A stretch of DNA of 35,507 nucleotides from an uncultured bacterium (GTDB lineage Bacteria > Planctomycetota > UBA1135 > JAKEFM01): NCBI GenBank assembly GCA_967798035.1, contig CBRGOK010000001.1:1-35507 (forward strand). Direction: 5' to 3'. A model generated the notes under the pieces. It worked only from the letters and a program-made list of their open reading frames with translations, ran no database searches and had not been told where the DNA came from. Positions 1 through 9,294 of the stretch are shown here, piece after piece. The position numbers were made by a program, and so were the translations under genes. The stretch's first letter is position 1. Each line of letters begins with the position of its first letter.

Positions 1-230
1 GCGTACCGGAGGTCGAGCGCCCGCGCCAGGGCCCGCACGAGGAGCGTCTTCCCGAGGCCCGGCACCCCCTCGAGCAGACAGTGGCCCCCGGCGAGGAGGG
101 CGAGGACCGCCTGCTCGACGAGGTCCTCGTGCCCGAGGAAGACCCGGCCCACCTCGGCGCGCAGGGCGTCGACCTTCCCCCGGAGCGCGTCGATCTCGCG
201 CTCGAGGCTCTCGAGCTCCGCCGGATTCAC
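1..230 (-). CDS. MoxR-family AAA+ ATPase, N-terminal fragment (gene runs off the window start)
   Basis: Reverse-strand translation from GTG at 230-228 gives NPAELESLEREIDALRGKVDALRAEVGRVFLGHEDLVEQAVLALLAGGHCLLEGVPGLGKTLLVRALARALDLRY. This is a MoxR-type N-terminus with Walker A GxxGxGKT. The start overlaps the upstream HAD stop (227-229) as GTGA. Confidence 0.8.
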   Translation of the reverse strand, partial: MNPAELESLEREIDALRGKVDALRAEVGRVFLGHEDLVEQAVLALLAGGHCLLEGVPGLGKTLLVRALARALDLRY

Positions 231-964
231 GCGTCCCGCCCGTCGATCAGGGGGAGGAGCCCCCGCAGGTCGTGGAGGCGCGCGAAGGGGCCGTCCCCCG
301 GCGCGGGCGGGCAGAGGTGGGCGTCGGCGGTGTCCCCGTCGAGGCCGCACGGTCCCTCCCTCTCGACCAGGGCCGGGACGATCCCGACCGCGCGCGCCCC
401 CTCGACGTCCTTCTCCACGGAGTCCCCGACGTGGATCGACTCGGCCGGCTCGACGCCGGCGCGGGCGAGCGCCCGGCCGAAGATCTCGGGGTCGGGCTTC
501 TCGACCTCCTCGATCGCCGAGCAGACGGTGAAGTCGAAGCGGTCCTCCAGGGATAGCTCCCCGAGGAGCCGGGGGAGCCGCGGGCTCCAGTTCGAGATGA
601 TCCCGAGGGTGAGCCCCCGCTCGCGGAGCGTCCGCGTGACCGACTTGACCTCGGGGAAGATGTGGAACGTCCGGCGGTCCCGGAAGGTCGCGGAGAGCCG
701 CTCCTCGATCGCGGGGAGCTGGCCCTCCGGCGCCCCGAGCGGCCGGAAGACCTGGGCGATGTAGGCCCGGAACCACCCGCTCGTGTAGCGGAAGTGGCCG
801 TCGACCCGCTGCGGGAGGGCGTCGTGGGCGCGGATCATCTCGGCCCGTACGCGCTCGACCTCGCCCGGCAGGCCGAACTCGCGGGCGACGGAGGCGTAGA
901 TCTCCCAGCGCAGGGGCTTCTCGCGGAAGAGCGTGTTCCCGGCGTCGAAGAAGACGGCGCGCAC
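227..964 (-). CDS. HAD-superfamily hydrolase (subfamily IA-like, motif I = FFDAGNTL)
   Basis: 245-aa ORF with a GTG start at 964. HAD motifs are FFDAGNTL (I), IISNW (II), KPDPEIF (III) and HVGDSVEKDVEGA (IV). The translation is non-R/P-rich. Confidence 0.85.
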   Translation of the reverse strand: MRAVFFDAGNTLFREKPLRWEIYASVAREFGLPGEVERVRAEMIRAHDALPQRVDGHFRYTSGWFRAYIAQVFRPLGAPEGQLPAIEERLSATFRDRRTFHIFPEVKSVTRTLRERGLTLGIISNWSPRLPRLLGELSLEDRFDFTVCSAIEEVEKPDPEIFGRALARAGVEPAESIHVGDSVEKDVEGARAVGIVPALVEREGPCGLDGDTADAHLCPPAPGDGPFARLHDLRGLLPLIDGRDA

Positions 965-1077
965 GGCGCGGGTGGGGTGACGGCGGTCGGGCAGGGGCGG
1001 GGAGAGCGGGGATGGATACCATATCGGCCCGAAACCGGCGGCGCGCCCCCGTCCGAGTCCTCCCGGCTCCCCCCGCC

Positions 1078-1887
1078 ATGCCGATCGAGACCAGGTCCGC
1101 GTCCCGATTCGTCCGGGCCGGATTCCTCCTGCTCCTCGCGCCCGCCTGCGCGGCTCCGGAGGTCCGACCGGTCCCTCCGGCGCCGGCCGCCCCGGCGCCC
1201 GTCGAGGCCCACCTCGCGCGCGCGAGCTCGCTCGCCTCGGAGGGCTTTGCGCGCGCGGCGATCGAGACCGTCGACGCCGCCCTCCTCCGCGAGCCGGACC
1301 GGGGCGAGGCCCTGCGCCTGAAGGCGCGCCTGCACGAGTCGCTCGGGGAGGAGCGGGCGGCGATCGCGGTCTACGACCGGCTGTCTACGCGCGCGCCCGG
1401 CGACCTCGACGCGCTCTTCCACTCCGCGAGGGCGCGGCTCCGGATCGGGGACGTGGAGGAGGCCCTCGTCGGGCTGCGCCGCTTCGCCGCGATCGCCCCC
1501 GGCGATGCGGAGGGACGTCGGGCGCTCGGGACCGCGCTCTACCGCAAGGCGATCGCGGGCGCCCCCGCGGACGCGCGCCTCCTCGCGGAGGCGGAGGAGG
1601 AGCTCCGCGCCGCGCGGGACCTGCGGCCCGAGGCCGCCGACCTGCACCACGACCTCGCCTCCCTGCGCGTCGTCCGCGGGGATCTCGCGGGAGCGGAGGA
1701 GGAGTATCGTCGCGCCCTCGCGCGGGATCCCGAGCACCTCTCCGCGCTCGAGGGACTCGCGGAGCTCCTCGAGGGTCAGGACCGGCGGACCGAGGCGCGA
1801 GAGCTCGCCGGCCGGGCCCTGCGGCTCGAGCGCCATCCCCTGCGCAGGCGCACGCTCGAGCAGATCCTCGGGGAAGGGAAGGGATGA
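1078..1887 (+). CDS. TPR-repeat protein with N-terminal signal peptide
   Basis: The ORF track gives 1012-1887. I prefer the ATG at 1078 (MPIETRSASRFVRAGFLLLLAPACAAPE), which gives a signal-peptide-like N-terminus. The rest is Ala/Leu/Arg-rich helical repeats typical of TPR (e.g. ALRLKARLHESLGEERAAIAVYDRL, EEEYRRALARDPEHLSALEGLAELL). Confidence 0.7.
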   Translation: MPIETRSASRFVRAGFLLLLAPACAAPEVRPVPPAPAAPAPVEAHLARASSLASEGFARAAIETVDAALLREPDRGEALRLKARLHESLGEERAAIAVYDRLSTRAPGDLDALFHSARARLRIGDVEEALVGLRRFAAIAPGDAEGRRALGTALYRKAIAGAPADARLLAEAEEELRAARDLRPEAADLHHDLASLRVVRGDLAGAEEEYRRALARDPEHLSALEGLAELLEGQDRRTEARELAGRALRLERHPLRRRTLEQILGEGKG

Positions 1888-1923
1888 GGGACGCGGCGCC
1901 GGGGAGGAGGGAGGGCCCCTCGC

Positions 1924-2304
1924 TCAGTGCCCGAGCGCCTTCTTCGCCTTCTTCGGGTCGTTGACCGTGAGGCCGAGCTCGGTCAGGTCGGAGTCGCGCG
2001 CGAGGACGTAGAGCGACTCGATGTTCACCTCGGCTCCGGCGAGCCTCGCCGCGAGCCCGGCGATGACGCCCGGCTCGTTCTCGACGAGCTCGGTCAGGAG
2101 CTCGGCCTCGGCGAAGGGGATGCGAGACTCCTGGAGCGTGTCGCGCATGGCCGTGACGTTCTCGGCGACCAGGCAGGCGATCGCCCGGTTTCCCTCGGCG
2201 ACGACAGCGACCGACTTCAGGTTGATCTCCTTCGTCGAGAAGATCTCGGCCAGCCGCGCGAGCTCTCCGGGCCGGTTGGGCAGCGAGACCCGAAATTCTC
2301 TCAT
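1924..2304 (-). CDS. Stand-alone tandem ACT-domain (small-ligand-binding) protein
   Basis: 126 aa made of two roughly 60-aa halves, each with the ACT signature (FRVSLPNRPGELARLAEIF... and LVENEPGVIAGLAARLAGAEVNIESL...). AGGAG lies 6 nt upstream of the ATG at 2304. Confidence 0.8.
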   Translation of the reverse strand: MREFRVSLPNRPGELARLAEIFSTKEINLKSVAVVAEGNRAIACLVAENVTAMRDTLQESRIPFAEAELLTELVENEPGVIAGLAARLAGAEVNIESLYVLARDSDLTELGLTVNDPKKAKKALGH

Positions 2305-2372
2305 GGGAGACTCCTAGGCGCTTGGCGTGAGCGAGAATAGACCCGGGGAGAGGTCGGACAAGGGGGGGGAGG

Positions 2373-4517
2373 TCAGGGTTCCTCGATCTCGACCCTGCGA
2401 TCGACGGGCAGGTCGGAGAGAAGACTGCGCCCTCCGGAGGGCCAGGACACCTCGAGAGCGCGCACTCGGCCGGCGGACCCCAAGCCGAAGTGGAGGGGCG
2501 CGAGACTCTGTCCGTAGACGGTGAGCCACCGGTCTCCGGCGACCTGGATCTGCTCGCCGTTGTCCGTGGCGACGCGCACCCGCGCTCCGAGTCCCCCCGC
2601 GCCGCTGCGGCGGGCGCGCAGCGAGACCTCGATCCAGCGGTTGGATCGGCCGGCGCCGTTCCGGAAGAGCCGGTGCGGGCCGGAGGGATCGAAGAGGGCG
2701 TCCCACGGGCGCCGCTCCGTCCGGTCGAGCACGAGGAGGTCGAGCGATCCGTCTCCGTCGGCGTCGAACCAGAGAGCCGTTCGCCCGACCGAGCCGTCGA
2801 GCGCGAGACCGCACGCCCGCGTCCGATCGGCGAATCGTCCTCCCCCTTCGTTCCGGAAGAGGCGGTTCGGCCCCGTCTGCCCCACCAGGTAGAGGTCGAC
2901 CCGACCGTCGTTGTCGTAGTCGGCGAAAGCGGCGTGGCGCGCTCCTTCCGGCAGTCCGCTCCGGTCCGTGACGTCGGCGAAGGAGGGTCCTCGTCGTTCG
3001 AAGAGCCGGCTCCCCTCCGGCCGCGGGCCTGCGAGGTAGAGGTCCTGGTCGCCGTCCTGGTCGACATCGGCGAAGGAGGCGGAGACCTCGGGGAAGAGCC
3101 CCTGCGCCGCCCGATCGGCGAAGGCGCCGCGGGGCAGGCCCGCGGCGTCGGGGACCTCCTCGAAGCGGTCCCCCTCGTTCCGGTAGAGCGCGAGGGGGAC
3201 GAGGGTGAGCAGGTCGAGGTCCCCGTCCCCCTCCACGTCGAACCAGCGGAAGGCCGACGCCCCCTCGAGCGCCACCCCTCTCGCCGACGCCTCGTCGGCG
3301 AAGCTCCCGTCCCCGCGGCCCCGGAGGAGGAGCGCGGGCTGGCGGAGGTTCCCGACGAAGAGATCGGAGAGACCGTCCCGGTCGAGATCGAGCCAGGCGG
3401 CGCAGCGGCCGCGGCCGTAGGGGCTCGAGATCCGCGCCTTCGCCGCGGACTCCCGGAAGCGGCCCTTGTCGTTCCGGAAGAACTGATCCGACTTGGGCTC
3501 CATCGGCGGACGCAGATCCCCCCCCATCGCGCCCTGCGCGACGTAGAGGTCGGCGTCCCCGTCGGCGTCGGCGTCCCCGAACGCGGTCCCGTGGGGATCT
3601 CCGAGGACGATGAGGATCGGCGTGCCCGCCGGACGGATCCCGGACGGTCCGATCCGCACGCGCTCGAATTCGGGGCGTCCGTCGACACGGAACTCGAAGC
3701 GGTAGGTCCCCTCGAGAAACTTCGTCCCGAACTCGAGCACCCCTCCGGCCGCGGGCCCTTGCGAGTCGAAGCGCACGGAACGCCCGTCCGCTGCCGCTTG
3801 CAGGCGCGCGCCGGTCGCCGAAGCGCCGAGGATCGTCGAGTTGGTCTCGATCCACCCCTCGAAGCTCCGGCGCCACTCGCCGGAGCGCCATCGCACGCGC
3901 CACTTCCCGGGCGACGACTCTCCGCGAGGCGGGTCGTGGTAGACGTCGAACCCTCCCTCCGGAGGCGGATCCCTCGGCTTGCCCAGGATCGCGCTCACGC
4001 CGGGCTCCGGCACGAGCCCCGTCTCGCGGGCGACGTCGCGGAAGCGCATCCTCCCCTCGTTCCGGTAGAGGGCCAGGTCGCGCAGGTTGTGCGCGTTGAC
4101 GAGGAGGTCGGGATCCCCGTCCCCGTCGACGTCGGCGCAGGCGGCGTCGAAGGCGTCGCCGACGAGGTCGGGCGGCGCGCCGATGCCGGACCCCTCGGTG
4201 ACGTCCACGAAGGGTCGCGGGGAACGGAGCCGGAAGAGGGGGAATCCGGCGAGGAGGAGGAGCGCCGCCGCGAACGGGAATCGCCACCGGCGCGCTCCGG
4301 CGGACCCTCCCCTGCCGAGGAAGGAGAGGGCGGCGCCGGCGGGGAGAGCGAGGAGCGCGAGACGCAGCGCGTCCCGTTCCGTCCGGTCGAGGACGACGAG
4401 CCAGGCGGGCTCGGAGGGAGCGCGAAACCGGAGAAGCGCCCAGGCGAGCCGGCCGGCGAGGAGGACCCAGAAGGCGAGGGTGGACCCGCGGAGGATCGCC
4501 GCGAGCCGACCCCTCAC
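2373..4517 (-). CDS. CRTAC1-family protein: N-terminal TM segments + 7 FG-GAP/VCBS repeats + ASPIC/UnbV C-terminal domain
   Basis: This is the C-terminal 714 aa of the 1329-aa track ORF. The GTG at 4517-4515 overlaps the sulfatase stop (GTGA). Hydrophobic N-terminus (LAFWVLLAGRLAWALL, FPFAAALLLLAGFPLF). Seven Ca-loop motifs (DVDGDGDPD, DADADGDAD, DLDRDGLSD, DVEGDGDLD, DVDQDGDQD, DYDNDGRVD, DADGDGSLD). UnbV/ASPIC-like tail (NRWIEVSL...GARVRV...LHFGLG...VEVSWPSG). Confidence 0.85.
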   Translation of the reverse strand: MRGRLAAILRGSTLAFWVLLAGRLAWALLRFRAPSEPAWLVVLDRTERDALRLALLALPAGAALSFLGRGGSAGARRWRFPFAAALLLLAGFPLFRLRSPRPFVDVTEGSGIGAPPDLVGDAFDAACADVDGDGDPDLLVNAHNLRDLALYRNEGRMRFRDVARETGLVPEPGVSAILGKPRDPPPEGGFDVYHDPPRGESSPGKWRVRWRSGEWRRSFEGWIETNSTILGASATGARLQAAADGRSVRFDSQGPAAGGVLEFGTKFLEGTYRFEFRVDGRPEFERVRIGPSGIRPAGTPILIVLGDPHGTAFGDADADGDADLYVAQGAMGGDLRPPMEPKSDQFFRNDKGRFRESAAKARISSPYGRGRCAAWLDLDRDGLSDLFVGNLRQPALLLRGRGDGSFADEASARGVALEGASAFRWFDVEGDGDLDLLTLVPLALYRNEGDRFEEVPDAAGLPRGAFADRAAQGLFPEVSASFADVDQDGDQDLYLAGPRPEGSRLFERRGPSFADVTDRSGLPEGARHAAFADYDNDGRVDLYLVGQTGPNRLFRNEGGGRFADRTRACGLALDGSVGRTALWFDADGDGSLDLLVLDRTERRPWDALFDPSGPHRLFRNGAGRSNRWIEVSLRARRSGAGGLGARVRVATDNGEQIQVAGDRWLTVYGQSLAPLHFGLGSAGRVRALEVSWPSGGRSLLSDLPVDRRVEIEEP

Positions 4518-6412
4518 CGCAGGTAGCCGAGCGCGCGGAGGCTGCGTTCGGTCTCGGCGTCCCCGGGGTCGGCGGCGCGATGCGCCTCGACCTTCAGGGC
4601 CTCCCCGCGCATGCGCCGCGCCCACTCGAGGAGCCGGTCGCGGAGTCCGTGCACGTCGGGGTCCTCGGTCCGGTCCGCGCGTTCGCCGGCCGGATCCCGG
4701 GCGTAGTCGAGGACGAGGGGTTCGGACTCCCCGTGGCGGAGGATCAGCCTCCAGCGCTCCGTCCGGAGCGACTTCGCCTCCTCCCCGTAGAGGAGGCTCT
4801 CGGAGAAGGCGGTCCGAGGAGCCGGCGCGCCGGCCTCCTCGAGGAGGGGAAGGAGAGAGGCGCCTTCCGCTCCGGGATCCGGGGGGAGTCCCGCGACCGC
4901 GCGGATCGTCGGGGCGAGGTCGAGCAGGCTCACCGTCGGCGCCACGCGCCGGCCCGCGTGGCGACCTCCCGGGAAGGCGAGGAGGAGGGGGACGCGGAGG
5001 ACCTCGTCGTGCAGCGAATGCCCGTGTTCGAAGCCGCCGTGCTCGCCGAACTCCTCGCCGTGGTCGGAGGTGAGGACGACGAGCGTCTCCCTCTCGAGGT
5101 CCCTCGCCCGCAGGTGGGCGAGGAGCCGGCCGATCTCCCGGTCCGCGTAGGAGACCTCCTCCGCGTAGGCCTCGCGGGCGCGGGGGAGGGCCGAGGCGGG
5201 GGCGACCCGACCCACGCGCACGTCCTCGAGGAAGGAGAGCGGGACGGGCCGGGCGGAGCCGGGCGCGTCGTAGGGGAGATGGGGGTCGAGGTAGTGGACC
5301 CAGAGGAAGAACCGGCGGTCTCGCAGCCGATCGATCGAGGCGATCGCAGCGTCGGTGACGGGGCGAGCCCGGGCCGCATCCCCGTCCGGATCGGAACGCA
5401 GCCGTCGGACGAGGCGCGCGAGGTGGAGGGGTTGCAGGTGCGCCATCCACCCGGGGCGGTCGAGCCGCCGGTAGCGGGCGAACCCGTCGTCCAGTCCGAA
5501 GCGCGCCTCGCACCACACGTTCGTGACCTGCGCCTCCGTCGCGTAGCCCGCCCGCGCGAGGACGCCGGGGAGCGAGCCCCCTTCCCTCGAGCGGGGCGGT
5601 CGGCGGAGCAGGAAGCGTTCGAGGACGCGCCCCTCCTCCTCGCCCGTCCGTCCGGTTCCGCACTCCGAGGGAAACCTCGAGGTGAAGAGGGCGGTCAGCG
5701 AGGCGAGGGTCCAGGGGGAGGCCGCGTGCGCGCTCTCGAAGAGGACGGCGCGGGACGCGAGCCCGTCGAGGTAGGGCGTCCGGGCGCCGCCGTTCCCGTA
5801 GCATCCGAGGGCGTCCGCCCGCAGGGTGTCGACGGTGAGGAGGAGGACGTTGGGGCCGCTCGCGGGATCGCGCGCCTCGAGGCGGGGGACGGAGTCCGGT
5901 CCCCAGATCCGGCCCGCGCGGAGCGAGGTCGCGATCCCTCCCCAGAGGGCGGCGGCGGTGAGAGTGCAGGCGAGAAGGAGGGGGCGAGAGCCGACGGGCC
6001 CGAGGACGAGGCGTGGGCCGAGGGCGCTCGCCGCGATTCCGCAGGCGCCGGCGACCGCGAGGACCTCGAGGCCCGCCGTCCACGCCGCGGGGCGAGCGCT
6101 CTGCGCGAGGAGGGCGGCGAGGCGCGCTCCGCCCGCGACGAGGCCGGCGCCGATCGCGAACCACGCGGAGAGGCCCGGAGTCGTTCGGAAGAGGGTCGCG
6201 AGGAGCCTCGCGAGCGAGAGTCCGCTCGCCCCGGCGGCGCAGTGGAGCCAGAGGACGAGCGCGGGGAGGAGGGCGACGACCGCCCCTCGGCCCGGGAGCG
6301 GGGCGGGAGGCTGGGCGCAAAGCCGCCACGCCTCGACGAGGCCGAAGCCGCCTCCGACCCACGCCCCCGCGACCGCGGCGTCGCGCACCGAGCGGGGTCG
6401 GGATTCGCTCAT
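4514..6412 (-). CDS. Membrane-anchored sulfatase-like (alkaline-phosphatase superfamily) hydrolase/transferase
   Basis: ATG at 6412-6410 (MSESRPRSV...). The first roughly 190 aa form a polytopic hydrophobic domain. The sulfatase fold follows: NVLLLTVDTLRADALGCYG, HAASPWTLASLTALFTSRFP, LVVLTSDHGEEFGEHGGFEHGHSLHDEVLRVPLL. Track ORF residues upstream of this ATG are R/P/G-rich and look non-coding. Confidence 0.85.
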   Translation of the reverse strand: MSESRPRSVRDAAVAGAWVGGGFGLVEAWRLCAQPPAPLPGRGAVVALLPALVLWLHCAAGASGLSLARLLATLFRTTPGLSAWFAIGAGLVAGGARLAALLAQSARPAAWTAGLEVLAVAGACGIAASALGPRLVLGPVGSRPLLLACTLTAAALWGGIATSLRAGRIWGPDSVPRLEARDPASGPNVLLLTVDTLRADALGCYGNGGARTPYLDGLASRAVLFESAHAASPWTLASLTALFTSRFPSECGTGRTGEEEGRVLERFLLRRPPRSREGGSLPGVLARAGYATEAQVTNVWCEARFGLDDGFARYRRLDRPGWMAHLQPLHLARLVRRLRSDPDGDAARARPVTDAAIASIDRLRDRRFFLWVHYLDPHLPYDAPGSARPVPLSFLEDVRVGRVAPASALPRAREAYAEEVSYADREIGRLLAHLRARDLERETLVVLTSDHGEEFGEHGGFEHGHSLHDEVLRVPLLLAFPGGRHAGRRVAPTVSLLDLAPTIRAVAGLPPDPGAEGASLLPLLEEAGAPAPRTAFSESLLYGEEAKSLRTERWRLILRHGESEPLVLDYARDPAGERADRTEDPDVHGLRDRLLEWARRMRGEALKVEAHRAADPGDAETERSLRALGYLR

Positions 6413-6439
6413 CGGAGTCGGGCGCGGGCCGGTCGTCGA

Positions 6440-6445
6440 TATACT
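6440..6445 (+). promoter_or_regulatory. -10-like hexamer TATACT in the 45-bp divergent intergenic region
   Basis: This is the only AT-rich patch (tcgatatactaagc) between the sulfatase start (6412, minus) and the GT1 start (6458, plus). It lies only 12 nt from the GT1 ATG, implying a very short leader. No convincing -35 is seen. Confidence 0.3.
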
Positions 6446-6457
6446 AAGCGCCTCCCC

Positions 6458-7774
6458 ATGGCGGGCGCAGTCGGATCGGGGCGGGACGCGCCGGAGAAGG
6501 GACGGGGCGGAGCGGGCGGGATCGGGCAGGCTCCCCTCGTCTGCTTCTCCTACGACCCTTGGGGGGCCTACGAGAAGAACATCCACCGGCTGATGCGCCG
6601 CCTGGCCGCCCGGCCGGAGGTCGGGAGAGTGCTCTTCGTCGAGCCCGAGGCGTGGCTCTCGAGGCTCCTCGAGCCCCTCGAGCGTCCCGAACCGGGAGAG
6701 GCGGAGGCCCGCTCGCGGGCGTTGCGCGGGGGCCTTTCCTTTCCGGCCCGGGAGATCGGGGTCTGGACTCCCGTGCACCGCGTCCCGTTCGCCGGGCGCT
6801 GGGGAGCGCTCGGGGCTCTCGACCGCGCGCTGCTCCGCTCCGGTTTCCGGCGCGCCCTGCGCCGCCTCGGGGTCCGCGAGCCGCTCTTCTGGGTGAACCG
6901 GCCCTTCGAGCCCCGGCTCCTCGAGGCCGCGGCTCCCGTCCGGGGAACGGTCTTCCACTGGTCCGACGACTGGGAGGCGTTCGCGTCTCCCTCCGAGCGG
7001 GACGTCACCCGCCTCTGGACGCAGGAGTGGCTCCGGCGCGCGGACGTCGTCTTCGCCGTCTCCCCGGGTCTTCGCGCGCGGGCGGCGGCCCTCAACCCGG
7101 CCTCCTTCCTCCTCCCGAACGCGACGGATCCCGAGTTCTTCGAGGCGGCCGCCGAGGGGACGGTGCCCGCGGCGGAGGAGCTCGCCGGACTGCCGCGTCC
7201 CGTCCTCGGCTTCGTCGGATTCCTCTCGCCGCGCCTCGATTTCCCGCTCCTCGAGGCGCTCGCCCGCCGCCGGCCGCAGTGGACCTTCGCGTTCGTCGGC
7301 CCCGAGCGCCGCCTCGGCGGGGCGGGGGAGGCGTTCTTCGGGCTCCCGAACGTCCGCCGACTCGGGCCGCGGCCCGCCTCGGAGATCCCGGGCCTCTACC
7401 GCGGCATGGACGTCTGCCTCGTCCCGTTCCGGCGCGACGAGGCGACGCGCGACGCCGACGCGATCAAGTTCTACGAGTACCTCGCTGCGGGCCGGCCGGT
7501 GGTGGCGACGGAGGCCTCGGGCGCGGAGCGGGTCCGCGAGTTCGTCCGGGTGGCCACGGGGCCCGAGGCGTTCGAGCGCGCGATCGAGGAGGCCCTCGCG
7601 CGGCGCGATCCCGGGGAGGTCGAGCGCGGGCGCGCGTTCGCGCGCCGGAACTCCTGGGAGGCGAGGGCGGGGGAGGTCCTGAGCCGCCTCGCCGAGGGAG
7701 GTCTCCTCGGCGGGCCAGGTCCCGCGCCCCGGCCGGCGTCCGAGGCGGGACGGCGCCTCGCGGTCTCCCCGTGA
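6458..7774 (+). CDS. GT-B fold glycosyltransferase (family 1/4-like)
   Basis: ATG at 6458 (MAGAVGSG...). The plausible part of the 1064-aa track ORF includes PLVCFSYDPWGAYEKNIHRLM, PVLGFVGFLSPRLDF, and an EX7E-type C-terminal motif around KFYEYLAAGRPVVAT. Confidence 0.85.
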   Translation: MAGAVGSGRDAPEKGRGGAGGIGQAPLVCFSYDPWGAYEKNIHRLMRRLAARPEVGRVLFVEPEAWLSRLLEPLERPEPGEAEARSRALRGGLSFPAREIGVWTPVHRVPFAGRWGALGALDRALLRSGFRRALRRLGVREPLFWVNRPFEPRLLEAAAPVRGTVFHWSDDWEAFASPSERDVTRLWTQEWLRRADVVFAVSPGLRARAAALNPASFLLPNATDPEFFEAAAEGTVPAAEELAGLPRPVLGFVGFLSPRLDFPLLEALARRRPQWTFAFVGPERRLGGAGEAFFGLPNVRRLGPRPASEIPGLYRGMDVCLVPFRRDEATRDADAIKFYEYLAAGRPVVATEASGAERVREFVRVATGPEAFERAIEEALARRDPGEVERGRAFARRNSWEARAGEVLSRLAEGGLLGGPGPAPRPASEAGRRLAVSP

Positions 7775-9294
7775 GCGCCCCCGCCGCGTCGGCCGGCTCG
7801 CCTCACGCCGGCGCGGGCCTGCGCCGGGCGGCGGTCTCGAACCTCGGGCTCGCGGGGCTCTGGAAGGGCCTCTCCTGGATCCTCAACTGGGCCGTGGCCA
7901 TCGTCCTCGCGCGCGTCCTGTCGCGGGAGGACTTCGGGCTGTTCGCGATCGCCTCGGTGCTGACGGGGTTCTTCGCGCGATTCAGCGAGCTGGGGCTCGC
8001 CGCGGCCGTCGTCCAGCGCCAGCGCGACGACCCGGCGACCCTCGAGACCGCCTTCACCATGCGCCTGGGGGCGCTCCTCGTCTCCGGGGCGATCCTCGCC
8101 GCCCTGGCGCCGTTCTGGGCCTCGTTCACGGGCCAGCCGCTCGTCGCTCCGCTCGTGTGGGCGATCCTCGTGCCGACGGTCGCCTCCGGGCTCTTCTTCG
8201 TCCCGAGCGTCCGGCTCTATCGGGACTATCGGCACGGCCGCACGCGGTTCGCCCAGTTCGCCGGGGAGGCGGCGAAGGGCGCGGGAATCCTCCTCGCCGC
8301 GATCTCCGGCGCGGGGGTCTGGAGCTTCGTCGTTGGAGTCGTGGCGGGGAACCTCGCGACCTGGGCGTGCTACGCCGCCTTCTCCCCCTGGAGGCCACGG
8401 CTGAGATTCGACCGCGAGGTCGCGCGGGAGCTGTTCGGGTTCGGCCGGTTCGTCCTCGCCGCGGACCTCCTCTTCTTCGCGAACGGGAACGTCGCGAACC
8501 CCATCCTCGGGAAGCTCCTCGGAGTGGCCGCGCTCGGGGACTTCCGCCAGGCCTATGTCTACGGCACCTGGGCGGTGGCCGAGGTCGCGCAGCTCCTCTC
8601 GGAGACGCTCTACCCCGCCTTCGCCCGGCGGCAGGCCAACCCCGCCGCCCGGCGCGCGGGCTGGCGCGCGACGCTCCGGGCGACGGGCGCGATCGTCTTC
8701 CCCCTGACGCTCGGCCTCGCCGCGGTCGCTCCCGACTTCGTCCGCGCCGTCCTCAATCCCGCCGGCGATCCGGGGAAGTGGGACGGAGCGATCGTCCCGC
8801 TCCAGATCCTGTGCCTCTTCGGCCTCGTCCTCTCCTTCGAGCGGGTGAGCCATCCGGTGATCTTCTCGGCCGGCCGTCCCCACATGGTGACCGTGGGACA
8901 GGGGGCGATGCTCGTCGTCCTCCTCGGGGGGCTGTTCCTCGGCGTCCCGGCCTTCGGGCTCCCCGGCGCGGCGGCCGCGGGCGTCCTCGCCGCCCTCGTC
9001 GCGACCTCGATCGCCCTGCGGGCCGCCGCGGGGATCGCCGGGGTCTCGGCGCGCGAGATCCTCCTCGACCTCTCCGGCCCCTTCGCCTCGGCGGTCGCGA
9101 TGGCGGGGCTCGTCCTCCTCGCCGGCTCGCTCCTCGGTCCGGGGCCGGGCCCGCTCGGGAGGCTCGCGGCCCGGGTCGGCCTGGGCGTCGTCGCCTACCT
9201 CCTCGCGGGACGGCTCTTCATGCCCGGGACGCAGCGCGAGATCCTGGGGGAAGTGTCGGTCCTCCTGCGACGTCCCGCCTCGACCCGGCGATGA
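7771..9294 (+). CDS. Wzx-like polysaccharide/oligosaccharide flippase (MOP superfamily)
   Basis: The GTG at 7771 overlaps the GT1 stop (GTGA). The protein is 507 aa and polytopic (roughly 12-14 hydrophobic segments). The N-terminus WAVAIVLARVLSREDFGLFAIA is typical of Polysacc_synt proteins. Confidence 0.85.
   Translation: MSAPAASAGSPHAGAGLRRAAVSNLGLAGLWKGLSWILNWAVAIVLARVLSREDFGLFAIASVLTGFFARFSELGLAAAVVQRQRDDPATLETAFTMRLGALLVSGAILAALAPFWASFTGQPLVAPLVWAILVPTVASGLFFVPSVRLYRDYRHGRTRFAQFAGEAAKGAGILLAAISGAGVWSFVVGVVAGNLATWACYAAFSPWRPRLRFDREVARELFGFGRFVLAADLLFFANGNVANPILGKLLGVAALGDFRQAYVYGTWAVAEVAQLLSETLYPAFARRQANPAARRAGWRATLRATGAIVFPLTLGLAAVAPDFVRAVLNPAGDPGKWDGAIVPLQILCLFGLVLSFERVSHPVIFSAGRPHMVTVGQGAMLVVLLGGLFLGVPAFGLPGAAAAGVLAALVATSIALRAAAGIAGVSAREILLDLSGPFASAVAMAGLVLLAGSLLGPGPGPLGRLAARVGLGVVAYLLAGRLFMPGTQREILGEVSVLLRRPASTRR

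Noticed and set aside
81-764. 227-aa plus-strand ORF overlapping the HAD gene.
   Set aside because: The translation is S/R/P-rich and antisense to a motif-complete HAD hydrolase.
1012-1077. Upstream ATG (MDTISARNRRRAPVRVLPAPPA) for the TPR gene.
   Set aside because: The extension is R/P-rich and would bury the signal-peptide-like segment. The ATG at 1078 gives a normal n-h-c signal. Neither start has a strong SD, so this remains uncertain.
1385-4287. 767-aa and 657-aa minus-strand ORFs, and the N-terminal 615 aa of the 1329-aa ORF (above 4517).
   Set aside because: The sequences are low-complexity and R/P/S/G-rich. They are out of frame with, or upstream of, the plausible CRTAC1-like reading frame. 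The real frame is identified by FG-GAP/ASPIC motifs and the GTGA coupling at 4514-4517.
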